Below are positions 48,243-55,780 of a stretch of DNA of 64,000 nucleotides, one piece after another (position 1 is the first letter of the stretch; every line of letters starts with the position of its first letter). The stretch comes from an uncultured Rhodocyclaceae bacterium (GTDB taxonomy: Bacteria > Pseudomonadota > Gammaproteobacteria > Burkholderiales > Rhodocyclaceae). Below the pieces are notes generated by a model. The model did no database searches, was not told the DNA's origin, and saw only the letters and a list, made by a program, of their open reading frames with translations. The stretch covers positions 46 through 64,045 of the forward strand of contig CAZGYD010000143.1 of assembly GCA_964530115.1 (NCBI GenBank), given 5' to 3'. A program made the position numbers and the translations under genes.

Positions 48243-49496
48243 TCAGCCCTTCACCTTGAAGCCGTCGGCGTACTTCTTCGGGTCCTTGCCGTCCCAGACC
48301 ACACCATCGATCAGCTTGTGCGTGCGCATCTCGCCCTTCGGCAGCGCCACGCCCGCGGCGGCGGCGGCCTGCTTGTAGATGTCGATGCGGTTGACCTGCT
48401 TCGCCACCGCCAGGTAGTCGGGGTGGTCCTTGAGCAGGCCCCAGCGCTTGTGCTGGGTCATGAACCACATGCCGTCGGACAGGTAAGGGAAATTCACCGC
48501 GCCGTCGTTGAAGAACTTCATGTGGTTCTTGTCGTCCCAGCTCTTGCCGAGGCCGCCATCCAGCCCATTTGTGTAGCGGCCGAGCATGCGGGCGACGATC
48601 ACGTCGGTGTCGGTGTTCACGTAGGCCTTGCTCGCGATGGTCTCGGCGGTCTTCTGCTTGTTGGACAGCGAGGCGTCGATCCAGCGGCCGGCTTCGAGGA
48701 TGGCGGCGGTCATGGCGCGTGCCGTGTTCGGGTTCTTCTGCACGAACTCGGCCGTAGTTCCGAGCACCTTCTCGGGATGGTCGGTCCAGATGTCCTGCGT
48801 CGTCACGGCCGTGAAGCCGATCCTGTCGATGATCGCGCGGTTGTTCCAGGGCTCGCCGACGCAGTAGCCGTCCATGTTGCCGACGCGCATGTTGGCCACC
48901 ATCTGCGGCGGCGGCACGGTGATCACCTTGACGTCTTTCATCGGGTTGATGCCGTTGGCCGCCAGCCAGTAATAGAGCCACATGGCGTGGGTGCCCGTAG
49001 GGAAGGTCTGGGCGAAGGTGTATTCGCGCTCCTTCTTCGCGATCAGCGCGGCGAGCGAGGCGCCATCGGTCGCGCCCTTGTCCTTGATCTGGTTGGAGAG
49101 CGTGATCGCCTGGCCATTGTTGTTGAGCGACATGAGAACGGCCATGTCCTTCTTCGGACCACCGATGCCGAGCTGCACGCCATAGACGAGTCCGTAGAGC
49201 ACGTGGGCGGCGTCGAGCTCTCCGTTCACCAGCTTGTCGCGCACCGAAGCCCAGGAAGCTTCCTTGGTCGGGATGATCTTGATGCCGTACTTTTCGTCGA
49301 ACTTGTTCACCGCCGCCATGACCACCGAGGCGCAGTCGGTGAGCGGAATGAAGCCGATCTTCACTTCCTTCTTTTCCGGCGCGTCGGAACCCGCCGCGAA
49401 TGCATTCACCCCCGTCATGCCTGCCATCGCCGCTCCTCCCAGTACCATCGAGTGGCGCAGGAACTCGCGCCGGTTGATTCCAGATTTCCCGTCCAT
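48243..49496 (-). CDS. nrtA: Nitrate/nitrite ABC transporter substrate-binding protein (Tat signal)
   Basis: The likely start MDGKSGINRREFLRHSMVLGGAAMAG is at 49496 with a twin-arginine signal, preceded by GGAGAG. The domain is NrtA/SsuA-like. The listed 466-aa ORF extends through the leader. Confidence 0.85.
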   Translation of the reverse strand: MDGKSGINRREFLRHSMVLGGAAMAGMTGVNAFAAGSDAPEKKEVKIGFIPLTDCASVVMAAVNKFDEKYGIKIIPTKEASWASVRDKLVNGELDAAHVLYGLVYGVQLGIGGPKKDMAVLMSLNNNGQAITLSNQIKDKGATDGASLAALIAKKEREYTFAQTFPTGTHAMWLYYWLAANGINPMKDVKVITVPPPQMVANMRVGNMDGYCVGEPWNNRAIIDRIGFTAVTTQDIWTDHPEKVLGTTAEFVQKNPNTARAMTAAILEAGRWIDASLSNKQKTAETIASKAYVNTDTDVIVARMLGRYTNGLDGGLGKSWDDKNHMKFFNDGAVNFPYLSDGMWFMTQHKRWGLLKDHPDYLAVAKQVNRIDIYKQAAAAAGVALPKGEMRTHKLIDGVVWDGKDPKKYADGFKVKG

Positions 49497-49517
49497 GATT
49501 GCTCTCCATCGCATGCC

Positions 49518-49562
49518 AAAAAAATAGGCGTCGCGCGCCTCCTTGCGGAAGCGCGGACGCCT
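49518..49562 (-). terminator. Intrinsic terminator inside the nrtA 5' leader (candidate NasT antitermination target)
   Basis: The minus strand reads AGGCGTCCGCGC-ttccgcaaggag-GCGCGCGACGCCT-A-TTTTTTT, ending about 22 nt before the nrtA ATG. The ANTAR regulator gene lies immediately upstream. Confidence 0.7.
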
Positions 49563-49667
49563 GTGTCCTTCACCGGAGCGCCGTTGCCCCGGCTTCAACA
49601 AGCCGGTATCAATTCGCGTGCCAGGCAGCGAGCCATGACTCAATCATCTGCGGAATCAGTTGCTTGG

Positions 49668-49690
49668 AAACTCAGCCGTGGTAACACGCC
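49668..49690 (-). repeat. 23-nt dispersed motif copy (consensus)
   Basis: The plus strand reads AAACTCAGCCGTGGTAACACGCC. It lies in the nasT-nrtA intergenic leader. Confidence 0.95.
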
Positions 49691-49752
49691 GACACCGTCG
49701 GGGCCCGGCGCCTGCACCGGCGCGGTGCGCGGCCCTTACTCGGCGCACAATC

Positions 49753-50346
49753 TCAGAGCAGCAGGCCGGCCATGTCGAGGACATCCTGCGCGACCGCCGC
49801 GAGCGGCTTGCCACGATCCATGGCCAGCTTGCGCAGGGCGGCGTAGGCCGATGCTTCGTCGAGCCCACGCGCCTTCATCAGGATGCCCTTGGCCTTCTCG
49901 ATGCGCTTGCGCTCGGAGAGTTTCCGCGTCGCCTCGCTGAGTTCGGCTTTGAGCGCCTGGTGTTCCTCGAAACGCGCGACGGCGACATCGATGATCGACC
50001 TGAGCCGGGCAGGATCGAGGCCATCGACCACGTAGGCGGATACGCCGGCGCGGATGGCGGCGCGGATCTGGTCGTTGTCCGATTCCCGCGCGAACATCAC
50101 CACCGGGCGCGGCGCGGCACGGTCCATCGCCGCGAGGTGTTCGAGCGTGTCGCGGGAGGGGGAGTCTGTGCCGATCAAGATCACGTCGGGGCCGATTTCG
50201 GCCACGCGCCCGGCGAGATCGTGCGCCGAGGCAAGCACCGCCGCGACCTGGTGGCCGGCCATGGCCAACCCGCCGCAGACGGCCGTCGCACGGACCCGGG
50301 ATTCGTCGATCACCAGAACTTTCAGCATCGCTGGCGGGCGATGCAA
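49753..50346 (-). CDS. nasT: ANTAR-domain response regulator (NasT-like antiterminator)
   Basis: The product has a receiver domain (KVLVIDES...) and a C-terminal ANTAR helix pattern, RKRIEKAKGILMKARGLDEASAYAALRKLAMDRGKPL. It is adjacent to the nitrate assimilation operon. Confidence 0.85.
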   Translation of the reverse strand: MHRPPAMLKVLVIDESRVRATAVCGGLAMAGHQVAAVLASAHDLAGRVAEIGPDVILIGTDSPSRDTLEHLAAMDRAAPRPVVMFARESDNDQIRAAIRAGVSAYVVDGLDPARLRSIIDVAVARFEEHQALKAELSEATRKLSERKRIEKAKGILMKARGLDEASAYAALRKLAMDRGKPLAAVAQDVLDMAGLLL

Positions 50347-50376
50347 ACATCGGACCAGAGTCGGCCGGAGATTCCG

Positions 50377-51144
50377 CTAGCGGGGCCGCGGCCGCATCCT
50401 CGCCAGGATCCGGGCATCGGCCGCATCGAAGAACCACACGTCGGTCAGCCGGCCGACAAGATAGCGCTTGAAGAGCGTTTCATCCACCGGGGAATTGGCG
50501 TTCGCCCGCCAGAAGGTCGTGCTGCGCGCGAGGCAGTTCGCGGCGAGCCGCCCGCGCAGGGCCAGACGCACGCCGTGGGCGGCGATCTCGCGGGCCTCGT
50601 CGGCCGGCAGGCTCAGCTCGGCGTCGAAGCCCATCGCATCGCCCGCCTCGCGCGAATAGAAGTCGTAGGGGTTGTCGAAGGCGAAAAAGTAGTCGGTGCG
50701 GACGCGCACCGCGTCGCCTTCGGCGTGCCCCGACGGCCCGCCGGCCCGGGACACGGGCGACGGCTGGCGTGTTACGACGGCTGAGTTTCGCGAGGCCGCA
50801 CTCTCTTCGACGCGGGAAGCGAGCGGCAGGAACTTAAAGAGGTAATAGTCGCGGCCGGCGGCTGCCTCCTCGGGGTGCCAGTTCCAGCCCTCGGTGAGGT
50901 CGTTGAAGAACATGCCGTAATGCAGGTGCAGCCGGCCGCTCGCGGCGTCGTAGCGCACCTCGACCGGCGGATCGGCGGCGACCGGCAGCGTCACCGCCTC
51001 GCCGGCGACGCAGGGCATGGCTGCTGCCGCCCGGCGCTCGTACTCGCCGACCGGATCCCCGAGCACCGGCCTTGCGTCGTCCGCGGCGCGCGCGGCCGGC
51101 AGCGAGGCCAGCGCGAGCGCCAGCGACAGGACGGTGGCCCGCAC
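50377..51144 (-). CDS. Hypothetical secreted protein
   Basis: The 255-aa product has a signal peptide MRATVLSLALALASLPAARA. I do not recognise the family. It contains an in-frame 23-nt motif copy. Confidence 0.55.
   Translation of the reverse strand: MRATVLSLALALASLPAARAADDARPVLGDPVGEYERRAAAAMPCVAGEAVTLPVAADPPVEVRYDAASGRLHLHYGMFFNDLTEGWNWHPEEAAAGRDYYLFKFLPLASRVEESAASRNSAVVTRQPSPVSRAGGPSGHAEGDAVRVRTDYFFAFDNPYDFYSREAGDAMGFDAELSLPADEAREIAAHGVRLALRGRLAANCLARSTTFWRANANSPVDETLFKRYLVGRLTDVWFFDAADARILARMRPRPR
50766..50788 (+). repeat. 23-nt dispersed motif copy
   Basis: GGCGTGTTACGACGGCTGAGTTT. It lies inside the secreted hypothetical gene and encodes RNSAVVTRQ. Confidence 0.95.
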
Positions 51145-51155
51145 CTCGCGCCCCT

Positions 51156-51455
51156 TCAGCGCCTGATGAAATCGATCATCACGCCGCCCGGCTCGCGCTG
51201 CCGGTAGGCGACCTCGACCCGCTCGCCGTAGCGCGCCTGCATCTGCTGCAGCAGCGGGATCGGGTCGTGGTCGTTGACGAAGCGCATGACCTCGCCGGGG
51301 TTGAGCGCGTCGAGCGCACCGAAGATCGCGGCGTGGCGGAAACGCTTGGCGATGCCGCGCGCGTCGAAGAAATAGAGGCCTTCGGGGTTGCTGTGATCGT
51401 GGATCGGGATCTGGGGCATGGTCCGCTCTCGGTGGCTGTGGGGAGCGCGGATCAT
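51156..51455 (-). CDS. DUF2249-like small protein
   Basis: The product is 87-99 aa, with an alternative start MPQIPIH at 51419. The sequence FDARGI...FGALDALNPGEVMRFVNDHDPIPLLQQMQARYG fits the DUF2249 pattern (DH.P.PL). Confidence 0.55.
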   Translation of the reverse strand: MIRAPHSHRERTMPQIPIHDHSNPEGLYFFDARGIAKRFRHAAIFGALDALNPGEVMRFVNDHDPIPLLQQMQARYGERVEVAYRQREPGGVMIDFIRR

Positions 51456-51513
51456 GGCCGGGCGCGGCGGCCGCGGCCTTGACCTGGATCAGGCCAGGAC
51501 CGCCGCGAGCACG

Positions 51514-52686
51514 TCAGGGCATGATCTCGACGTATTCGTAGACCTCGTTGTCGGTGAGCCGCTTGCGGACGGGCACCGGCAGCCGCGCGTACCAGGCGTG
51601 CGGGTCGTGGCGGTCGATCTCGCGGCCCATGTAGCGCAGCAGCTCGCAGATCGGTTCGACGACGTTTTGCCGATAGCGCTCGTCCTTCTTCACGTAGCCG
51701 AGCCAGAGGTTCTTCATGCAGTTGCGGCGGCACCAGGCGAAGGCCTCGCAGCCCTCGCAGGGCATCTCTGCCGTGGGTTGCAGCGGGCTCTTCTTCAACC
51801 AGTTGCCCTGGATCTCGCCCATCTTCATTTGCTGCGCGTACATCATGTCCGGGCAGGGATAGATCTCGCCGCTGGGCATGACGTTGATGAGGTGCGTCGA
51901 CACGCGGCACTGGGTGAGCCCCGCATAGAGCTCGGTGCCGCGGTTGGGAAGGAGCTTGTTGCGGACGATGCCCATGATCGGGATGAACGGGTAGAGCGTG
52001 TCGGTCCGCGAGAAGAACTTGTCGATGAGCTTCACGAGCACGGCCTTGCGCTTGGCGACCGAATCGCCGAAGTACATCTCGTCGGCGACGAACTGCCAGT
52101 AGACATAGTCGATCGCCTCGAAGGCCGTGGCCAGCTCGTCGAGCTCTTCGAAGGTGGTATCGGGGTTGCCCCAGGTGACGCGCGCGGTGATGGTGCCGCC
52201 GACCTTCTCGTGCACCTTGTGCAGGTTGTCGATCACCTGCCGCCAGATGCCGCGGCCGCGGTAGCCGTCGGTGATCGTCTCGCCGCCGTCGATCGAGACG
52301 AGGATGTTCGAGAGCTTGCCGAGCACCCAGTCCGGCAGATCGTCGAGCAGCGTGCCGTTGGTCTGGAGCTGGTAGCGGAATTCCGGGAAGCGCCGCATCA
52401 CGTCTTCCATCATGCGCCGGTTCAGGGTCGGCTCGCCGCCGTAGAAGGTGACGTAGATCTCCTTGCCTTTGAGGTGGGTGTCGATGAAGCGGGCGAGCTG
52501 GTCGATGTCGTACTCGAGCTCGGTCTGCGAGCCGAGCACGTCACCGACGCCGAGCGAGCAGTAGGTGCATTTGAGGTTGCACTTGAGCGTGGTCAGCAGT
52601 TGCAGTTCGACGCGGCCGCCGACGATGGGGTCGGCATCGGCGACGGGCGTCACCGCGGGAACGAATTCGAGGGCATGCGCGTTCAT
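51514..52686 (-). CDS. Radical SAM / SPASM-domain protein
   Basis: The 390-aa product has the CX3CX2C motif (KCNLKCTYCS), GGEPTL, and a C-terminal Cys-rich SPASM-like region (CRVS...YPCPD...CEGCEAFAWCRRNC). GGAAGGAAG precedes the ATG. Confidence 0.8.
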   Translation of the reverse strand: MNAHALEFVPAVTPVADADPIVGGRVELQLLTTLKCNLKCTYCSLGVGDVLGSQTELEYDIDQLARFIDTHLKGKEIYVTFYGGEPTLNRRMMEDVMRRFPEFRYQLQTNGTLLDDLPDWVLGKLSNILVSIDGGETITDGYRGRGIWRQVIDNLHKVHEKVGGTITARVTWGNPDTTFEELDELATAFEAIDYVYWQFVADEMYFGDSVAKRKAVLVKLIDKFFSRTDTLYPFIPIMGIVRNKLLPNRGTELYAGLTQCRVSTHLINVMPSGEIYPCPDMMYAQQMKMGEIQGNWLKKSPLQPTAEMPCEGCEAFAWCRRNCMKNLWLGYVKKDERYRQNVVEPICELLRYMGREIDRHDPHAWYARLPVPVRKRLTDNEVYEYVEIMP

Positions 52687-52950
52687 GGGGCTTCCTTCCG
52701 GATGAAGATGACGAGCGCCGGACCGGGGGCGGCCGGCGAACCACGGTCAGAGCGGGAAGGAAACGCGGGGCGGGGCGGTCTTGGGCAGGGCCACGACGCC
52801 GAAGCGCAGCCAGCCGGTCGCGGCGTCGGGGTCGATGCCGGCGACGAGGTGGCGGAATCGTTGCGCAAGGCGGTCGGCGCTCATGGAGGCGCACAGTCTA
52901 GCCGTCCGGCCGGCGGGGTCAAGCGCGATGGTGCGCGGCTGCCAGCCGCT

Positions 52951-52973
52951 GGCGCATTGCGACGGCTGACCAG
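52951..52973 (+). repeat. Degenerate relative of the 23-nt motif (16/23), adjacent to a REP dimer
   Basis: GGCGCATTGCGACGGCTGACCAG. It is intergenic. A similar degenerate version, GTTACGACGACTGGCCAG, occurs at 37748-37765, also next to a REP dimer. Confidence 0.4.
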
Positions 52974-53025
52974 CCCGCCACCCGGCGGGCGCAGGACGCC
53001 ACGGAGTGGCGGTCCCGAGCAACGC

Positions 53026-53093
53026 GAGGGATGGGGCGAAGCCCCACAAGTGGCAGTCCCGGGCGCAGGACGGAATGGGGCTGCGCCCCACAG
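53026..53093 (+). repeat. REP-like hairpin dimer
   Basis: GAGGGATGGGGCGAAGCCCCAC and GGAATGGGGCTGCGCCCCACAG. The first unit is near-identical to 37811-37832, with a single T/A difference in the loop. Confidence 0.75.
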
Positions 53094-53101
53094 TTCGCCG
53101 G

Positions 53102-53120
53102 CTGCGACAAGATGTCGCAG
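53102..53120. promoter_or_regulatory. Palindromic operator candidate, CTGCGACA-aga-TGTCGCAG
   Basis: The arms are a perfect 8 bp. The site lies 68 nt upstream of the Tat-NosL-like gene ATG (53188). Confidence 0.6.
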
Positions 53121-53187
53121 CCTTGGCAGGGTACGGCCGCCTAAACTTGGCAGCGGAGGAAAACTGGTTTCCGAAAGGAGTCGTGAC

Positions 53188-53817
53188 ATGAACCGCCGTG
53201 ATGCCCTGAAACTTTCCCTGCTCGCCGGTGCCGGCCTCGCCGCCGGCACTGCCCGCGCCGCCCAGTGCGAGGGCGACGGTACGCCGATGCAGTTCATTCC
53301 GAAAAAGCCGGCCGATCCCAAGGCTTACGAAAACGACATCGAGAAGTATCCGAAGTGCCCCTACTGCGGCATGGACCGCAAGCAGTACCACCACTCGCGC
53401 ATGCTGATCCAGTACAGCGACGATCTCGCCGACGGCGTCTGCTCGCTGCACTGCGCCGCGATTTCGCTTTCGCTCAACATCGACCGCGATCCCAAGACGA
53501 TCTGGGTCGGCGACAACGCGGCGGCGGGTGACGTCAAGCCGCTCGTCGAGGTCGACAAGGCGACCTTCCTCGTCGGCAGCAAGATCCCGGGCGTGATGAC
53601 GGCGAACAGCAAGGTCGCCTACGGCAACACCGATGCGGCCAAGGCCGCTCAGGCGGCGCAGGGTGGCGAGCTGACCAACTTCGACGGCGCGCTGCTCGCG
53701 GCCTATACCGACATGTCGAAGGATGTCAGCCGTATCCGCAAGATGCGCGCCGAGCGGCGCAGGAAGATGATGGAGGCCCAGCAGGGCGCCGCCAAGCCGA
53801 TGGAGCACAAGCACTGA
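53188..53817 (+). CDS. NosL-like protein with twin-arginine signal and basic C-terminal tail
   Basis: The translation MNRRDALKLSLLAGAGLAAGTARA carries a Tat signal. The sequences CPYCGMDRKQY and GVCSLHC are present, and AAGGAG precedes the ATG. The C-terminus reads RKMRAERRRKMMEAQQ. Confidence 0.65.
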   Translation: MNRRDALKLSLLAGAGLAAGTARAAQCEGDGTPMQFIPKKPADPKAYENDIEKYPKCPYCGMDRKQYHHSRMLIQYSDDLADGVCSLHCAAISLSLNIDRDPKTIWVGDNAAAGDVKPLVEVDKATFLVGSKIPGVMTANSKVAYGNTDAAKAAQAAQGGELTNFDGALLAAYTDMSKDVSRIRKMRAERRRKMMEAQQGAAKPMEHKH

Positions 53818-54293
53818 TGCGCCGGCTCTTCGCGGCCCTTGCCCTTGCGCTCTGGGCCACGCTCGCCGTGGCCCAGATGCCGCCGAAGCCGGGGCCGAAG
53901 GATCTCTGCCCCGTCTGCGGCATGCTCGTCGCCAAATACCCGAACTGGGTGGCGACGATCGTGTACAAGGACGGCCATGCGCACCATTTCGACGGTGCCA
54001 AGGACATGTTCAAGTTCTGGTTCGACCCGCCGAAGTATGCGGCCGGCCACAGCCGCGAGATGATGGCCTCGATCTGGGTCACCGACTTCTACAACCTGCA
54101 GCGAATCGACGCGAAGAAGGCCTGGTACGTCACCGGCTCGGACGTGCTCGGCCCGATGGGCCACGAGTTCATCCCGCTCGCGAGCAAGGCCGACGCCGAA
54201 GAGTTCCTGAAGGAACACAAGGGCGTGAGAATCCTCACCTTCGATCAGGTCACGGCCGACATGCCGGCCAAGCTCGACGCCGGGAAATTCTGA
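53817..54293 (+). CDS. NosL-family copper-chaperone-like protein
   Basis: The 158-aa product has a signal peptide and CPVCGMLVAKYPNW...YKDGHAHHFDGAKDMFKF...GPMGHEFIPLASKADAEEF, the typical NosL pattern. Its ATG overlaps the upstream stop. Confidence 0.8.
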   Translation: MRRLFAALALALWATLAVAQMPPKPGPKDLCPVCGMLVAKYPNWVATIVYKDGHAHHFDGAKDMFKFWFDPPKYAAGHSREMMASIWVTDFYNLQRIDAKKAWYVTGSDVLGPMGHEFIPLASKADAEEFLKEHKGVRILTFDQVTADMPAKLDAGKF

Positions 54294-54297
54294 GTAA

Positions 54298-54331
54298 GGC
54301 GCCCGGCCGGACAGGCTCCGGCCGGTGCGCC
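54298..54331 (+). other. GC-rich stem-loop after the NosL pair (possible terminator without U-tract)
   Basis: The sequence GGCGCCCGGCCGG-acaggct-CCGGCCGGTGCGCC forms about 13 bp of pairing with one bulge. No T-run follows. Confidence 0.3.
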
Positions 54332-54392
54332 GTGCCCCGCCTGCCGCGAACGCGTATCATGCAGGCGACACGCACGCGGACAGGAGGCGGGG

Positions 54393-54674
54393 ATGGGCAT
54401 CGAAGGGCTTTCCAAGGAACAACGCATCCTGCGCGTGCTGCGCAAGGTGCTCGGCAACATCGTCAAGGACACCACGCCCGCGCCCGGCATGCTGCATCCC
54501 CTGAGCGAGGCCACCCGCCGCGACATCAAGGAGCTCTTCGCGCTGATCGCCGAGCGCGAGCGCGAGCTGGCCGCCGAAGCGGGCATGACCCGGCGCGCAC
54601 GGCCCCATTTCAGCGACGAGCCGCGGCCGACCAACGTCATCGCCTTCCACAAGCCGGAAAAGAAGCCGGACTGA
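54393..54674 (+). CDS. Hypothetical protein
   Basis: The 93-aa ORF has gene-like codon bias and a charged helical sequence. I do not recognise the family. Confidence 0.45.
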   Translation: MGIEGLSKEQRILRVLRKVLGNIVKDTTPAPGMLHPLSEATRRDIKELFALIAERERELAAEAGMTRRARPHFSDEPRPTNVIAFHKPEKKPD

Positions 54675-54807
54675 GGCCGGGTGCGAGGGGCGCCGGCCCG
54701 GCGCCCCGCCCCGGGCCCGGCCTGGGAGCTACCACCGCCCGCCCGGAGCCGCATGACATTTCCCGAAACAATTCCCTACCTTAGCCGTCGGGAACTTTGC
54801 TAGACTG

Positions 54808-54837
54808 TTAGCACTCTCAATGCGCGAGTGCTAAAAT
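54808..54837 (+). promoter_or_regulatory. Candidate sigma70 promoter for rpoH
   Basis: TTAGCA (54808-54813), an 18-nt spacer, then TAAAAT (54832-54837). The spacer contains the inverted repeat AGCACTC-N9-GAGTGCT. The SD AAGGAGG precedes the ATG at 54861, and the region is locally AT-rich. Confidence 0.35.
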
Positions 54838-54860
54838 TTCGAGCAAGGAGGACGTGATCC

Positions 54861-55733
54861 ATGAGCCATGCCCTGACGTTGAGCCAGTTCCCCGTTCCGT
54901 CGGCCGTCGGCAGCCTGGAAGCCTACATCCAGGCGGCCAACCGCGTGCCGATGCTGAGCGAGGAAGAGGAGTTCGCCCTGGCGCGGCGCTTCCGCGAGGA
55001 AAACGACCTCGAAGCTGCGCGCCGGCTGGTGCTGTCGCACCTGCGCCTCGTCATCGCCGTCGCCCGCGGCTATCTCGGCTACGGCCTGCCGCATGCCGAC
55101 CTGATCCAGGAAGGCAACATCGGCCTGATGAAGGCGGTCAAGCGCTTCGACCCGGACCGCGGCGTGCGCCTGGTGTCGTTCGCCATGCACTGGATCAAGG
55201 CCGAGATCCATGAGTACATCCTGAGGAACTGGCGACTGGTCAAGATCGCCACGACGAAGGCGCAGCGCAAGCTCTTCTTCAACCTGCGCAGTCTCAAGCA
55301 GAGTTTCGCCGCGCTCGGCCCCGCCGAGGTCAGGGAGGTCGCCCGGACGCTCGGCGTCAAGCCCGAGGAGGTCGTCGAGATGGAAACCCGCATGAGCGGC
55401 GGCGACGTCTCCCTCGAACCGACGACGGACGACGACGAGGACCACTACGCGCCGATCGCCTATCTCGCAGCCGAAAGCAGCAGCGAGCCCTCGATGCAGA
55501 TCGAACGCAAGGAGTACGACCGGCTCCAGGACGAGGGGCTGCGTACCGCGCTGGAAAAGCTCGACGAGCGCAGCCGCGCGATCATCCGCCGGCGCTGGCT
55601 GGTCGAGGAAGGCGAGGAGGCGGCGACGCTGCACGAGCTCGCCGCCGAATACGGCGTCTCGGCCGAGCGCATCCGCCAGATCGAGGCCAAGGCCATGCAG
55701 AAGATGCGCGGTACCCTGGCCGCGATGGCCTGA
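54861..55733 (+). CDS. rpoH: RNA polymerase sigma-32 (heat-shock sigma factor)
   Basis: The 290-aa product contains the RpoH box QRKLFFNLR, region 2 DLIQEGNIGLMKAVKRFDP and region 4 LAAEYGVSAERIRQIE. Confidence 0.93.
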   Translation: MSHALTLSQFPVPSAVGSLEAYIQAANRVPMLSEEEEFALARRFREENDLEAARRLVLSHLRLVIAVARGYLGYGLPHADLIQEGNIGLMKAVKRFDPDRGVRLVSFAMHWIKAEIHEYILRNWRLVKIATTKAQRKLFFNLRSLKQSFAALGPAEVREVARTLGVKPEEVVEMETRMSGGDVSLEPTTDDDEDHYAPIAYLAAESSSEPSMQIERKEYDRLQDEGLRTALEKLDERSRAIIRRRWLVEEGEEAATLHELAAEYGVSAERIRQIEAKAMQKMRGTLAAMA

Positions 55734-55754
55734 CCAAAGCGGGCATCCATGGGG

Positions 55755-55780
55755 AACGGGCGGCGCTGCCGCCCGTTTTT
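55755..55780. terminator. Bidirectional intrinsic terminator between rpoH and mpl
   Basis: The sequence AACGGGCGGC-gct-GCCGCCCGTT is followed by TTT on the plus strand. It lies between convergent genes, and the mpl stop overlaps the T-run. Confidence 0.75.

Noticed and set aside
49589-49606. The hairpin CCGGCTT-caac-AAGCCGG in the nrtA leader as an ANTAR-binding hairpin
   Set aside because: Its loop does not fit the reported AxxGxx hexaloop pattern, and no second matching hairpin was found. It is left as unassigned structure.
52683-52868. A 61-aa ORF whose stop overlaps the radical SAM start (ATGA) as a candidate precursor peptide
   Set aside because: It is Pro/Ser/Ala/Arg-rich with weaker third-position GC bias than real genes, has no SD and no recognisable leader or core. 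It cannot be distinguished from a chance ORF without conservation data. It is worth a look only if conserved in relatives.
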